Below, one piece after another: positions 1 to 11,689 of a stretch of DNA of 64,000 bases. Where the stretch lies: positions 53,134,001 to 53,198,000 of the forward strand of contig OX597821.1 of the NCBI GenBank assembly GCA_951406725.2, read 5' to 3'. Positions within the stretch are counted from its first letter, which is position 1. The number at the start of each line of letters is the position of its first letter. Made by a program: the position numbers and the translations under genes. The notes under the pieces were generated by a model. It made no database searches and was not told the origin of the DNA. It saw only the letters and a program-made list of their open reading frames with translations. Source of the stretch: Octopus vulgaris (lineage: Eukaryota).

Positions 1-66
1 ACGCAATTGGACTAAACCCGGAACCATGTGATTCGCAAGCAAGCTACTTACCACACAGCCACTCCT
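1..66 (-). mobile_element. 5' head of tRNA-derived SINE family B (cut by the window edge)
   Basis: Reverse complement AGGAGTGGCTGTGTGGTAAGTAGCTTGCTTGCGAATCACATGGTTCCGGGTTTAGTCC matches the head of the full copy at 33427; Pol III A/B-box-like motifs. Confidence 0.85.
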
Positions 67-180
67 ATGTATGTATGTATGTATGTATGTATGTATGTAT
101 GTATGTATGCATGCATCCTTGTATGTATGTATGCTTGTATGTATGTATGTGTGTATACATGTATGAATATATGTATATTT
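66..180. repeat. (TATG)n microsatellite
   Basis: Directly visible tandem TATG. Confidence 0.95.
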
Positions 181-509
181 ACACTTTCACATCCTTTCTG
201 CGGTACTTAGGTTTCATTCTGAAGAAAGCTTCTGCTGAGCCGTCTCTTCGGTTCATGGTGAATTTCTTTTAAGTTACGCCACCAGTTAAAAATCAGCAGG
301 TTGATGAAATCGTTGCAATATTCGATAGATAACTTGTATTATTTGTTCCGGTTCCAAGCCTTGTCAGTTCAAAACTTCTGCTATTCAAATTTATCTTCCG
401 TCAAACAGCGAAAAACAATTCGATATCATATATTGGGGCCAATAATTCTCTCTACTTCTCTTTATCTCGCTCTCTTTTCATCTCGCTTCTCTATCGATAC
501 ATTCACGCA

Positions 510-545
510 AAGACACACACGAACGCGCACACACACACTCACACG

Positions 546-587
<42 letters not shown>

Positions 588-870
588 CACACACACAAAT
601 GAATGTAAAGAAAAACAAGGAAATATGGAAGTCCTCTCATAAGCCAAAATAAGCCAGACAACAAGCACAATTTCGGAGTGTTTTTAAGTTCAAGAACCAT
701 GTCTATCTGTCTACCTGACTGAGTGACTGACTGACTGACTGTCTGTTTGTCTGTCTGTCTCTCTATCTGTCCGTCCGTCACACACACACACACACTCTCT
801 CTCTCTTTCATTCTCTCTTTCTCACTCTTTCTCTCTCTCTCTCTCTCACACACACACACTCACACATGCA
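510..870. repeat. Compound (CA)n / (CTGA)n / (CTGT)n / (CT)n microsatellites
   Basis: Directly visible; source of the HTHT/VCVC ORFs. Confidence 0.95.
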
Positions 871-933
871 CTTATATGTGACGAAAGTGAATTTTTGGTA
901 CAATAAAATGCCTTTAAAATGTTTATAACAAGA

Positions 934-1625
934 TATGAGGTGCGTTCAAGAAGTTTCCGACTTTATTTCTTTTACGTCAAAATTAATACCACGTGTGAAA
1001 ATTTCTTTACGGTTGAGGTGACACCGCCCTTTCTACGCATGCTCGAAAAAGTTCTTTCTGGTAAGCTGCGTCAATTCCTGGCTGCTTCACCTAGAATATA
1101 AGCGTGTAGCACGCGCACGTCGGGTTTTGTTTTCACGTAAAATAAACAAACGCTTTGTGTAAAGGCCATAATTCATATCTCATCACCAATGATGATGGTC
1201 TTCATGAAGTCTGGATTGTGCTCTGAGTGATTTCCAAGCAGCCCCACCAATACCTTGTGGATGAATTTCAACGATAATCTCCGCATGCACAAAGACTCCG
1301 TGGAAATAGAATGCACTGTTCCTGTACTTGTTCCAATTCGTGAGTAATATCAAGGATTGTAACACGATAGTCTTTTATGACTATTGGTCGAACCATCTCA
1401 ATCAGCTTCTTGTTTCGGGTTGTGGATGATCTGTCCCAGCGTGCCACACTCTTCCCTGAGGTGCGGTCATGTTTGAAGCAGTTGTACCTCATCTTAATCT
1501 CAGTTTTACCCACGGCATCACCACCAAAAACCTACTGAATCTTTTTGATGGTGTGGGCTTGAGTGTTGCCAAGCTTTTGGCAAAATTTTATACAATATCT
1601 CTGCTTGATGCATTCAGGTAGAATA
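934..1625 (-). mobile_element. Decayed, internally deleted mariner (DD34D-type) transposon
   Basis: Minus-strand fragments ECIKQRYCIKFCQKLG, KTEIKMRYNCFKHDRTS..ARWDRSSTTRN..VRPIVIKDYRVTI and NPDFMKTIIIGDE are typical of the mariner HTH and first catalytic Asp region. TA+TGAGGTGCGTTCAAGAAGTTT mariner-like TIR at 934. Frameshifts present; most of the catalytic domain is missing. Confidence 0.85.
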
Positions 1626-1692
1626 GGATAGTTGTATGTATCTATGTGTGTGTGTGTGGGAGTATGTATGTATATATATATATATATATATA

Positions 1693-1890
1693 TAGGAGAG
1701 TTTAAGAAAAAAAAACAAAAGACGAAGACAGGTGGTGTACAAAACAAACAGATGTATTAGTATAACGCTCAGGAATAGAACAAATCTTCTACGTTTCGAG
1801 CCTACGCTCTTCTACAGAAAGGGACACAGAAAAAAACAAGGAGAGAAAAAAATGTGTGTAGTGGCTAACGATCTATCATGGCGACTGACC
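1693..1890 (-). mobile_element. Penelope-like element pLTR fragment (family P1) inserted in (TA)n
   Basis: Homologous (reverse complement) to 21160-21320 with the same 3' end abutting (TA)n; contains an HHR motif. Confidence 0.7.
1786..1821 (-). ncRNA. Minimal type I hammerhead ribozyme motif (A6U variant)
   Basis: Minus strand CTTT-CTGTAGA-A-GAGC-GTAG-GCTC-GAAAC-GTA-GAAG: stem I CTTT/GAAG, perfect stem II GAGC/GCTC, loopless palindromic stem III ACGT. Confidence 0.6.
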
Positions 1891-2421
1891 ATTTATATAT
1901 ATAATATATATATGTGTGTGTGTGTGTCTATGCATGTATGTATAAGCACATGTATGGATATGAAAGTAAACAGATCAACATACAGACGGATCGGTACATA
2001 GGTTATATGAACAGACAAGCACACATATGCACGCATACACAAATGGAGACTGAAACACATGACCATATATACACACACACATTACTTCACACAAGGACAC
2101 ATATGGAGATGTACATCCATACATACAAACACGGTATATGGTTGAAAAACACACACACACTCAGACAAGTACAAACAAGGAGACAGAGGTACACACACAC
2201 ACACATATACAAACACACACACGCACACATTAAAAGCATACTTTTCTTAGGCTTCAGTGATAGAAAAATGCATGAGTAATTCAGAATCGTTAGTCGCATT
2301 GAACAAAAATTAGTAGAAAAACAGTTATGAGGTAAAATGTTACGAAATTTAATGTCAGTAAAAAGTAACGCTTAAGCTATAAGAATAATGAACATATTTC
2401 TAAAATGAATTAGTACAAACT

Positions 2422-2720
2422 AAGGCGACGATCTGGCAGGAACTTTAGCGCGCCGGGCGAAATGCTTAACAGTATTTCGTCCGTCTTTATGCTTCGAGTT
2501 CAAATTTCGCCGAGGTCGACTTTGACGTACAGATTACTTAATAAGCTTTTTTAACTAAACACTTTCAAACTTTCGATACTGGTAGAATATGTCATATAGA
2601 TCAGGGTTTATTCTTATCGTTTTTTAAATAAAATTTTGTATTTTAGAATCGGTGTTTCGTCTGTCTTTATGTTCTGAGTTTCGACGACTTTCCCTTTCAT
2701 CCATTTCGGATCTATTCAAT
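2422..2720 (+). mobile_element. SINE family A fragments interleaved with a duplicated 125-bp unit
   Basis: AAGGCGACGATCTGGCAGG..CGCCGGGCGAAATGCTT..GAGTTCAAATTTCGCCGAGGTCGACTTT matches the 4323 copy; second body fragment at 2650-2720. Confidence 0.8.
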
Positions 2721-3011
2721 TACACGTACAGATTATTTAATTAATTATTTTTTAAAACTAAGCCCGTTGAAACTTCCGATAGTGGTAGAATGTGTCACAT
2801 AGAATAGGGTTTACTCTTAATGTTTTTGACAAAATTTTGTATTTTAGAAGTTATTTCGTCAGAAGTTACAGAGTGACAATGGACAAATTCGTGTTTGATA
2901 AGTGCCAGTACACGAAACTCTCAGCTTTTGAATAACTCTCTAACTTCTGCCGATGATATATATACACATTACATATATGTGTGAAAAAATCTCATTATGC
3001 AATCGAAACAC

Positions 3012-3170
3012 CGAAAGAGCCTCTATCTGGTCGCTCGACACGCTAAAAATAGCAGTCAAAGTATCCCCCTTCCTAAATCACACTCCCAAAAGACGGTTTG
3101 CTGAAGGCTGCAATGTCTTTGAAGATACGTTTGCAGTATCAGGGTTGATTTGAGGCTAAATATCAACATT
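3012..3170 (+). mobile_element. Interspersed repeat/SINE family D fragment (CTAGAAATAGCAG-like motif)
   Basis: GAGCCTCTATCTGGTCGCTCGACACGCTAAAAATAGCAG; related reverse-complement motif GTTGCTATTTCTA..AGGTCA recurs near 13500 and 42280. Confidence 0.5.
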
Positions 3171-4194
3171 ATGGCCAATTTCTATATTAACACCCGCACG
3201 ATTCTCACTAAGAAAAAAAAATTGATTTTTTGTGTGGAATCAAGTACCCTGACCTCCTAATATGCTGCTAATCCCTTAATTTGGTTCGGAAAAAATGAGA
3301 TAGTGGGGTTCCGCCCAATTCCGGAATCAATGGATTTTTTTCCTTTGAATGAATTCCTGTGACCTCCTAATATTGCAAAATTAGGTTACTTAAGGTGAGC
3401 CTGGTAACTGATGGTTTTGGGGTCTTGTTGTTTTTAACTTTTGGTCAGCCATGGTGCAATTAACAACATGGTAAAAATCCCTGCCATTAATTTGTTATAG
3501 ATAGGTAATATCAAATAATTCAATCACAACATATATTTAAATTAAACATAAAAAAAATTGAATTATCATCATTAATTACATGGAAAAATTGAAATATTAT
3601 CTTTCAATATTTTATAGGTAAAATCTTAAATAATTAATTGACATATGATTAATTATTTTATAAAAGCATTGTCTGGAAAACTTATGGATTACATGGAAAA
3701 ATGCGAATATGAAAAGTCATATTCTTAAGATTATAAACTTAGAAAAGCACATGCACGTTATTTCACCTGTAAAAGTATAGGACAAGGTATTACTTCTAGT
3801 AAAGAATAAGAAACATTTTACTTAAAATATTGCAGCTAAATTTGAAACTTGAATATTAAAACTTATTTTATTATCGTTTACAAATAACACTATACATAAG
3901 CAGAATTTGGCTAATTTACTACATTAAATACAGAAAAAAAGTGACTAATTAGACAAACTTACAAATTAGCAGAACAGTTTTGTTCAAGAAACTTAAAAGA
4001 TGAAAACTGTAAAGAGTGATAAATTAAAAGAACTGGCATTCTTTGTTGCAATATCTTAAGTAAGAAGTTTCTTAATCTTTACTTTACTAGAAGTAATAGA
4101 TTGTCCTATACTTTTACAAGCGTAATAATTTGTTCTGTACTTTTCCAGGTTCATAATCTTAAGAATATGACATTTTCTGCTCGCATTTTTCCAT

Positions 4195-4246
<52 letters not shown>

Positions 4247-4322
4247 CTATAAAATTAGATTTAATCCTAAATCTAATTTTTCCCTGTAAGTTTGGATTTA
4301 CTCCCTAATATTATATATATAT

Positions 4323-4559
4323 AAGGCGGCGAGCTGGCAGAAACGTTAGCACGCCGGGCGAAATGCTTAGCGGTATTTCGTCTGCTGCTACGTTCTGAGT
4401 TCAAATTCCGCCGAGGTCGACTTTGCCTTTCATCCTTTCGGGGTCGATAAATTAAGTACTAGTTACGCACTGGGGTCGATATAATCGACTTAATCTGTTT
4501 GTCTGTCCTTGTTTCTCCTCTCTGTGTTTAGCCCCTTGTGGGTAATAAAGAAAAGAAAA

Positions 4560-4562
<3 letters not shown>
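4323..4562 (+). mobile_element. tRNA-derived SINE family A, young copy
   Basis: GGCGGCGAGCTGGCAGAAACGTTAGC head, GAGTTCAAATTCC B-box, central CTTTCATCCTTTCGGGGTCGATAAATTAAGTAC domain; highly similar to the copies at 48566, 31050, 39175 and 56482. Confidence 0.9.
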
Positions 4563-4643
<81 letters not shown>

Positions 4644-5402
4644 ATACATATACACATACATATATATGTGTATATATATATACATACATACACCACACAC
4701 ACACTCACGCGCGTTTCGGTGAGTGTACTGTTGTTAAAGTTATACACATTTCATAGATACCCTATGAAATGGAAATTAATTTCGTGCTAGTTGATTGATC
4801 CAATCTAAATTTAATTAAATTAATAAAGATTTTATATATGATGTAATTGTAAATGTATATGAAAAGCTTAGGTGACCCCTAAATATGCTAAAATATGGAG
4901 AAATGTGTGAAGATTGAAAATTACCCGCTCAATATTCATCTTGATATTTTCGAACAAAATTTCGAAGTGTTAAATGCGTTTGGTATGCGTCCATATTGAT
5001 GTACACTAAATTGTATACTCAAAAGCTGGCAAAATTATACGTTGTAAAAATTCTCTATAGATGTAAATATTGTTGCTAGAATATGTTTGTGAGGATTATT
5101 ATGTATGTTGGTGGTGAATAAAGATAAAGTATTAAAATCTAAAGTTTATTTAATTATTTCAAGAAAATATATGATTATGCGTTCCTAAAGTTATGTCGTA
5201 GTAAATACATATGTATATGTGTAGAATTAGATTATTTTTTCTTCAAAATTATTCGTTAGAAAATTGACTATGGAAATTATTTGTATGTCTCTGAGAGATT
5301 GATAGATAGGCAGATGGGAGAGAGGAAAATATGTATCTATGCATTCATGAGGTCGAGCACTTGTAAATATTTATATGTGTGTCATTTTATATGTGTGTGT
5401 AT

Positions 5403-5441
<39 letters not shown>

Positions 5442-5704
5442 AGAGAGAGAGAGAGAGAAAGAAAGAGAGAGAGAATTTGTGTGCACGAATGTGTGTGTGT
5501 GCGTGCGGGGGTGCATATAGTTATGCAGAATAATAATTTATGGGAAATATATCTTTGAAAATAAAAATTGAGAAAAAACCGATTTTTTTAACATTTAAAA
5601 TTGAATGGTAGTAAATGTTCTTTCCATAATTTTTGTCTGTGATAACATGATATAAAGAAAATATTTTACATAGTGTATGGTGTTAGGTCTTATTTTCCTA
5701 ACGA

Positions 5705-6200
5705 TATATGAAGGAAATTGTGGTATACAGTGTTCAGGTGCACTACAAGTAAGAACAAAAACAAAACAAAAAAGCCATCAGGTGTACTGTTGGCACATTT
5801 CAAGAAGCATGGAAGTTTTGAGGGATGTGTCTCGAGAGCTGGCGACTGATGCTTCAATAATTCTGAGCGTGAAAAACTGTCTCCGAAACTCATTGGTGCT
5901 GTGTTGTTTTTTGACTTTGTAAACATGTCCACGAGTGTTTATCATATGGAATTCAAAAAGGTGCCCAATGTTGTTGTTAGAAATATGGTGAATAATCTTG
6001 TAGGTGTCTGTCTACCAAGTCAGTTGCCAGACGTCTGAGCTTCAATGTGTCCATGCCCAGGGAAGCAAGACGTTCAGAATACAGTAGATGCCTGGCGGCG
6101 AGTATTTGTTTTGTTGCAAACTTTCTGAACCGTTTCCAGGAGATTTATATGGTAAGCAGACTGGTAATGCGAATTCTAAGTATGGATGTACCGGTAATGA
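5705..6200 (-). mobile_element. 3' end of a CR1/L2-group LINE (RT C-terminal remnant)
   Basis: Minus-strand translation YSERLASLGMDTLKLRRLATDL...TYKIIHH...NTRGHVYKVKKQHSTNEFRRQFFTLR, matching CR1 ORF2 C-terminal motifs (YxERL, LxxRR, TRGH, FFxxR); frameshifted. Confidence 0.8.
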
Positions 6201-8916
6201 ATGAAAGTACGACGTTATATAATTTAAGCTACTGCTACAATGGTGAAGATGTTGTTCGCTGTTATGTTGTTTTGGTAATATATGTAATATATATGTGGTT
6301 AGGATGCTGTGTATTAAATTATGTTAGATAATGCATGTAATTGATCTTGCTTGATGAACGTTTTTGCAGTAACAAACTGAGCTGAAAGCTAGTTTGATAG
6401 ATAAATCCATGTGGATTATTTAGAAATAGTTGCAGATTGTATAACACAGATATCCGGCGAGCAGATTCTATGACTCAATTTCAATTTCCGATAGACAAAC
6501 ACTTCATTAAAATCATTAATGCCTGAGGTTGTTGCCAATGTCACACAATCCCATTTTCCATTCACTTCATAGATGAAGATATTCTACTAAATATGAAAGG
6601 CAGTGGTGACTACTGAGTGGAATGGCAGTAGATCGGAGAGGGATTCACGGTGAGACAGTTAGAAGATAAGTTCCAATCGAGCAAGGAATAAGCATTACAT
6701 AGTCACATTCCCTCACTCAAAAGATACTCAGAGTTGCTAATTTTTGCATGAAATATTGCTGTCGTTTACATCCAAGTAACAATAAATCATGCTGACATCA
6801 GGTCAAGGCAGTTCATAAACACGAACATTGCGTATGCTTAGGGTTATATAAGACTGTCTTATCTAATGAGGCCTTTCCGTGTTTATGATAATAGGGATTG
6901 GCTCGAGGGAGAGCAGGCTCTTGTTTCTAGCTGTTCAAACGTTGCAAAAACTCTCCTCTCTCTCAAGGCTGTTTAATAAGAAATATTATAAAGATGATTG
7001 ATACTTGCTTCGAGTATCAACAGTATAAATATAATTTTCGATAAATCTTGCTTCGAAGCAGAAACCCCAGCAACAAGACATTTAGCTTCTATACTTAAAA
7101 GAACACAACCAGAAATGCATGTGAACTAATCAAATATACATCTATTTTTTTTTTTATAGATTATACTTTGACATGAAAACTAAAAGTGTTTTATTGATTA
7201 ATAGAACATTGAAAAAGTGATTTAATTTTGTGTTTGGCGAACACTAGAATGAAATACAACACAGCAATAAATGAAATAAATGATAATAATGACTAAATTG
7301 ATATAATACACAAAATGATTTGGTTCTATATGGTCATGATTTTCCATTATCTCCAAATTGCAAATACTTATTCCAAATATTCTTATGTGTATGAGCGATA
7401 GCACTATCCTCCGTCACTCATAACGAAATAAGCCCACAACTAAAGGGAAAAAGGATTACTGTTCACGTTCATGTTATAATAATTGATCATTTTACATACA
7501 GAACACGTATTTCTGCAAGATTTTATACATTAACTGTCAGGAATGTGAAATAGTTTAAATCTTAGCCTCAACATGAACATGAGAATGAAGCAGTTGATTT
7601 ACACAAACAGAACAAACGAACCAGAGCTTTCAAGGGAAAAATCAAATGATAAAGTTCTGTAAACTATTTCTATTTAAGTTACATATCATTCAAATGAAAG
7701 AAAGAGCACAATATAAGGACTTCAATGGAATATATGGGAATACACATCACAATATAATTTTATCTGTTAATAGCCTTTACAAACGTTACTTTGAGATTAA
7801 GGAACGTTTTCATGAAGAGCTGGAAAGATTAGGAGGAAAATTAGTTATGCTGTGATCTTTTCATACTAGGACGAGTTGTATCTAAACCAATTATTATATT
7901 TGCTGTTCGCAATGAACCAAGCTATCTTTATAGTTGCCTTAGAATATTAAACGCTGAAGAATGAACGAGATGGAAAGCCACCGGCAGAAGAATTGTGAAA
8001 AAGATGTCATTGAAATTAGTATAACTTAGATTCCGGTAAAAAATATGAAAGAAATGAGTTTAAATGTAAAACTATAATTAGAAATTCGGTTATTCATTAT
8101 GGATTAGAGAGGCAAATCAGAATCGACGAAACACGCTCGCACCAAAATCTTATATAAGAATAAGAATATATATCAATTAACCACAGAGAGCTAGAAAAGT
8201 AATTTTAGTCTCTTGGCATTATGTTTACCTCTTCATCTTTAGCCACGTAAATATGTTCATTATCTGAAGACATTGGTATTGAAGAACTGGTAGAATGTCA
8301 TACTAAATTGTCATTGTATTTAGTTGCATCGCTCAAGGTTTCGAGTTCAAATGCAACCAAGGAAATAAGTCGAGATTAAAAACATAGTTCGCTGTATTTT
8401 CATACGTGCTGAGTGCATGATGCATTGGAACCAACTCTAACTTTCATCATTCTTGGACAGTAGTTAAGTATTAGAGTCGACATAGCATACTACGTTCTTC
8501 ACCGGGTAGTGCTGTAAATTATGTGGCACATCAACGATGCAGCGTTACGCTACATTTTAAGATGTGTTATGAGATATATCAACGATATATCTTGATCCAC
8601 TAACCCCTTTAATATGGCATTCGCCCAACAGCTCTACCGTTCGCCGTAAATTGTACGTCGTATGCTCGATATAACTATACCTACTATTAGAAATTATGTA
8701 GTTTCTGTATATCCGATATAACAGTGTCACAAATGTAGAATATATGCAACGTACCAAATATTCATTTTTTAAAGTCGAGAGCGCGTTTTGGTGCAACAGA
8801 TAGTGTTGTCAGCCATACGACAGATGATACATACGTATTTCGGCACCTGTTGAAATGCTATTTACATTGAGGTGGTACTTGTATATGTATACATACCAAC
8901 ACACACACACACACAC

Positions 8917-8961
<45 letters not shown>

Positions 8962-9165
8962 AAATATGGGTGTTTAGTTCACAGTTGATCTAAATGATTA
9001 GGTACGGTAGGAAAGTGTTCCACGGTTATAGCCGAGACGGTAGTTATAGAGCCATTACAGACTTCCGGTATAGCGGATATATATTTGTTAAACAGGACAA
9101 AAAAGGTAAAGGCAAGGCAAACATCTCAAGTCATTTACATTTTTATTATTAGAAAAAAATTCAAA

Positions 9166-9221
9166 GTCTTACAGCAATTTCTGGGATGTCGTAGAGTGTG
9201 AGATGCTCCGTCGTCGGAAAC
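9166..9221 (-). ncRNA. Degenerate hammerhead motif (U4C family P2)
   Basis: Minus strand GTTT-CCGACGA-[stem II]-GAAA-TTGCT-GTA-AGAC. Confidence 0.45.
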
Positions 9222-9521
9222 GAAGAAGGAAAAGGTGAAGAGTATAGATTAATGAAATGACGACACAGAGGACAGGAGTAAAGGAATAAGGAGGTGAAGA
9301 GAGAGAAGAAAAAAAAGAAGCATAAAACTTCACAGTTCAACTTTCCGATGCAATCGTGCGTAAATCCAATTGACTTATGGACTTATATCTAGAATATCGG
9401 AAAGTTGAACTGTGCATTTTATGCTTCTTTTTTTCTTCTCTCTCTTCATCTCCTTATCCTTTAATCCTGTCCTGTATGTCGTCATTTCATTAATCTATAC
9501 CCTTCTCATTTTCATAAATTT

Positions 9522-9577
9522 GTCTCCGATGACGGAATATCCAATACTCTGGTATATCATTAAAACAGTTGTAAGGC
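9522..9577 (+). ncRNA. Degenerate hammerhead motif (U4C family P2)
   Basis: GTCT-CCGATGA-[stem II]-AAAAC-AGTT-GTA-AGGC; GAAA box mutated. Confidence 0.4.
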
Positions 9578-9627
9578 TTTGAATTTTTTCCAATAATAAT
9601 AATAATGAACGTGACTTGAGTTGTTTG

Positions 9628-9942
<315 letters not shown>

Positions 9943-9960
9943 TGTGTGTGTGTGTGTGTG

Positions 9961-10274
9961 GAGGCATGCAATGGCGCAGTGGTTGAGGGCAGCGAACTCG
10001 CGGTCGTAGGATCGCGGATTCGATTCCCAGACCAGGCGTTGTGAGTGTTTATTGAGCGAAAACGCCTAAAACCTCCATGAAGCTCCGGCAGGGGGTGGTG
10101 GCGAACCCTGCTGTTCTCTTTCGCCGCAACTTTCTCCCACTCTTTCTTCTGTCGGCCTGCTCGCTTAGCCAGCGGGGTAGCGTCATATGAAGGCTAAAAC
10201 AATGCGAATCGCATTGTGACCCACGATGTGTAGGAACATCTGATAGCCTGGTCGGTCACGGTGATCACGGTGAT

Positions 10275-10275
<1 letters not shown>
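9961..10275 (+). mobile_element. Full-length tRNA(Arg-like)-derived SINE family C
   Basis: A-box TGGCGCAGTGG, B-box-like GGATTCGATTCC, GC-rich body, tail ending in a repeated TCACGGTGA. Confidence 0.85.
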
Positions 10276-10354
<79 letters not shown>

Positions 10355-10558
10355 GATGTTCATGTCGAATGATTTGTTTATACTACACTGGTGCCACGCA
10401 TTTGGCGCTGAAGTGATCTCAGAGAGAAGTGAGATGAAGTGTTTTGACGAAGAAAACAACGCATCACTCGAGTTAGAAAGTAAAAGCCACGGTCTCGCGA
10501 TCGTAAGCACATAGTCATATATAGCCTATAGGTGTTACCTACCTCTCATACATGTATA

Positions 10559-10701
10559 AAGGCGTAGGCATAACTATGTGGTAAGAAATTTGCTTCCTAA
10601 CCCCAACAGCGTGGAATTTTGTGTACGTTTCTTCTACTATAGACCCGGACCAATCAACGCCTTGTGAGTGTATTTGGTAGACGGAAATTGAATGTAGCCC
10701 G

Positions 10702-10705
<4 letters not shown>
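10559..10705 (+). mobile_element. SINE family B, 5' half (3' half at 11690-11900)
   Basis: Aligns to 33427-33600 (GTGGTAAG..CTTCTACTATAG..CCTTGTGAGTG.ATTTGGTAGACGGAAA). Confidence 0.8.
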
Positions 10706-10740
<35 letters not shown>

Positions 10741-10805
10741 TGACCGAAGGGGGTCTTTACTTATATATATATGTATATATATATATATATATATACATAT
10801 ATATA

Positions 10806-11015
10806 TAAGTAAAGACCCCCTTCGGTCATGAATGACCATGGGATTGCACCTAGAAAGTTACCCTCCTAGACACAAGTCCGGGCAAGGTTGTTTATGGAAG
10901 ACCAGCAGTCGCCCATGCATACCAGCCTCCCCTCTCCACGCCACCAGTGTTATCCAAGGGAAAGACAAAGGTCAATACAGATTGGCACCTGTGACGTCGC
11001 AACTCATTTCTACAG

Positions 11016-11018
<3 letters not shown>
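10806..11018 (-). mobile_element. 3' end of a SINE/LINE (RTE-like tail) inserted in (TA)n, with an inverted duplicate of its terminus at 10736-10768
   Basis: GC-rich 210-bp block between TA tracts; minus strand ends ..GGTGCAATCCCATGGTCATTCATGACCGAAGGGGGTCTTTAC; class assignment is an inference. Confidence 0.55.
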
Positions 11019-11064
<46 letters not shown>

Positions 11065-11067
<3 letters not shown>

Positions 11068-11645
11068 CCTCGAATGAGGCTTTTACATGCCGAAGACTAC
11101 TTGGTGTAATTGATAATTATTCCAAATTAATTAATTTCACCCTTCATTATTACGGATAACCATATTTTATCTCAGTAGATGACCACAGCATCTTGTTTTG
11201 GCTACACGCGGGTGGGAAGGGGCTGGTGACACAATCTTTTCATTCGCACATTGAATTTAGTGATACTAGTTGCGGATTCTAGCTCGCTCTGATACTGAGT
11301 TGAGTTGATGCCTTCTAGTATCTCAAAATTCAATATATAATCATTTATGATTATAGTATTCTACGCTGAAGAGAAAAGAAGTTCTTGGTAAGATAGAATT
11401 ATTTAATATTTAATTCTTATGCTTTCCTAAAAACTTGATTTCGAAACGTACGTCCGTAGATAACTTAAAATTGTATGATAGATTGCCATCAATTCATTCC
11501 CTCTTACCTGTTTGTGTCTGCCTTCCAATTGCTGTTTTTACTGAGATCTCCCTTTTTAGTAGAAGAAATAGCTATAACTCTTTGACTGCTATTTCTAAAT
11601 TCGGTATGTGGTAAGGCAATTCGTTGCCAAACCCTTTATTGCTTA
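11065..11645 (+). mobile_element. Non-coding PLE-type module carrying a canonical hammerhead ribozyme
   Basis: Bounded on both sides by (TA)n; no ORF; HHR at 11360-11460; further hairpins at about 11565-11597 (GAAATAGC/GCTATTTC) and GGCAA-TTCG-TTGCC. Confidence 0.65.
11360..11460 (+). ncRNA. Canonical type I hammerhead ribozyme with long stem II
   Basis: Stem I TCTACG (11360-65) / CGTAGA (11455-60); CTGAAGA core 11366-72; stem II closed by GAAA/TTTC with inner AAGTT/AACTT and AGAATTA/TAATTCT; GAAA 11443-46; palindromic stem III ACGTACGT; GUC cleavage triplet 11452-54. Confidence 0.85.
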
Positions 11646-11646
11646 G

Positions 11647-11677
<31 letters not shown>

Positions 11678-11689
11678 CTATGTATGAGT

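Larger units (their letters stand above)
8958..9629. mobile_element. PLE-derived module with two inverted pLTR-like arms (9117-9349 / 9396-9628), flanked by (TA)n
   Basis: About 230-bp imperfect inverted repeat with a 46-nt spacer; each arm contains an HHR motif of the family also seen at 21017 and 26645. Confidence 0.7.

Noticed and set aside
200-450. Possible mariner-derived MITE end
   Set aside because: Only vague TIR resemblance and no partner TIR found
9970-10035. tRNA-like sequence as a real tRNA gene (also 33430-33495 and 45270-45339)
   Set aside because: No complete cloverleaf; each continues into a SINE body, so these are SINE heads
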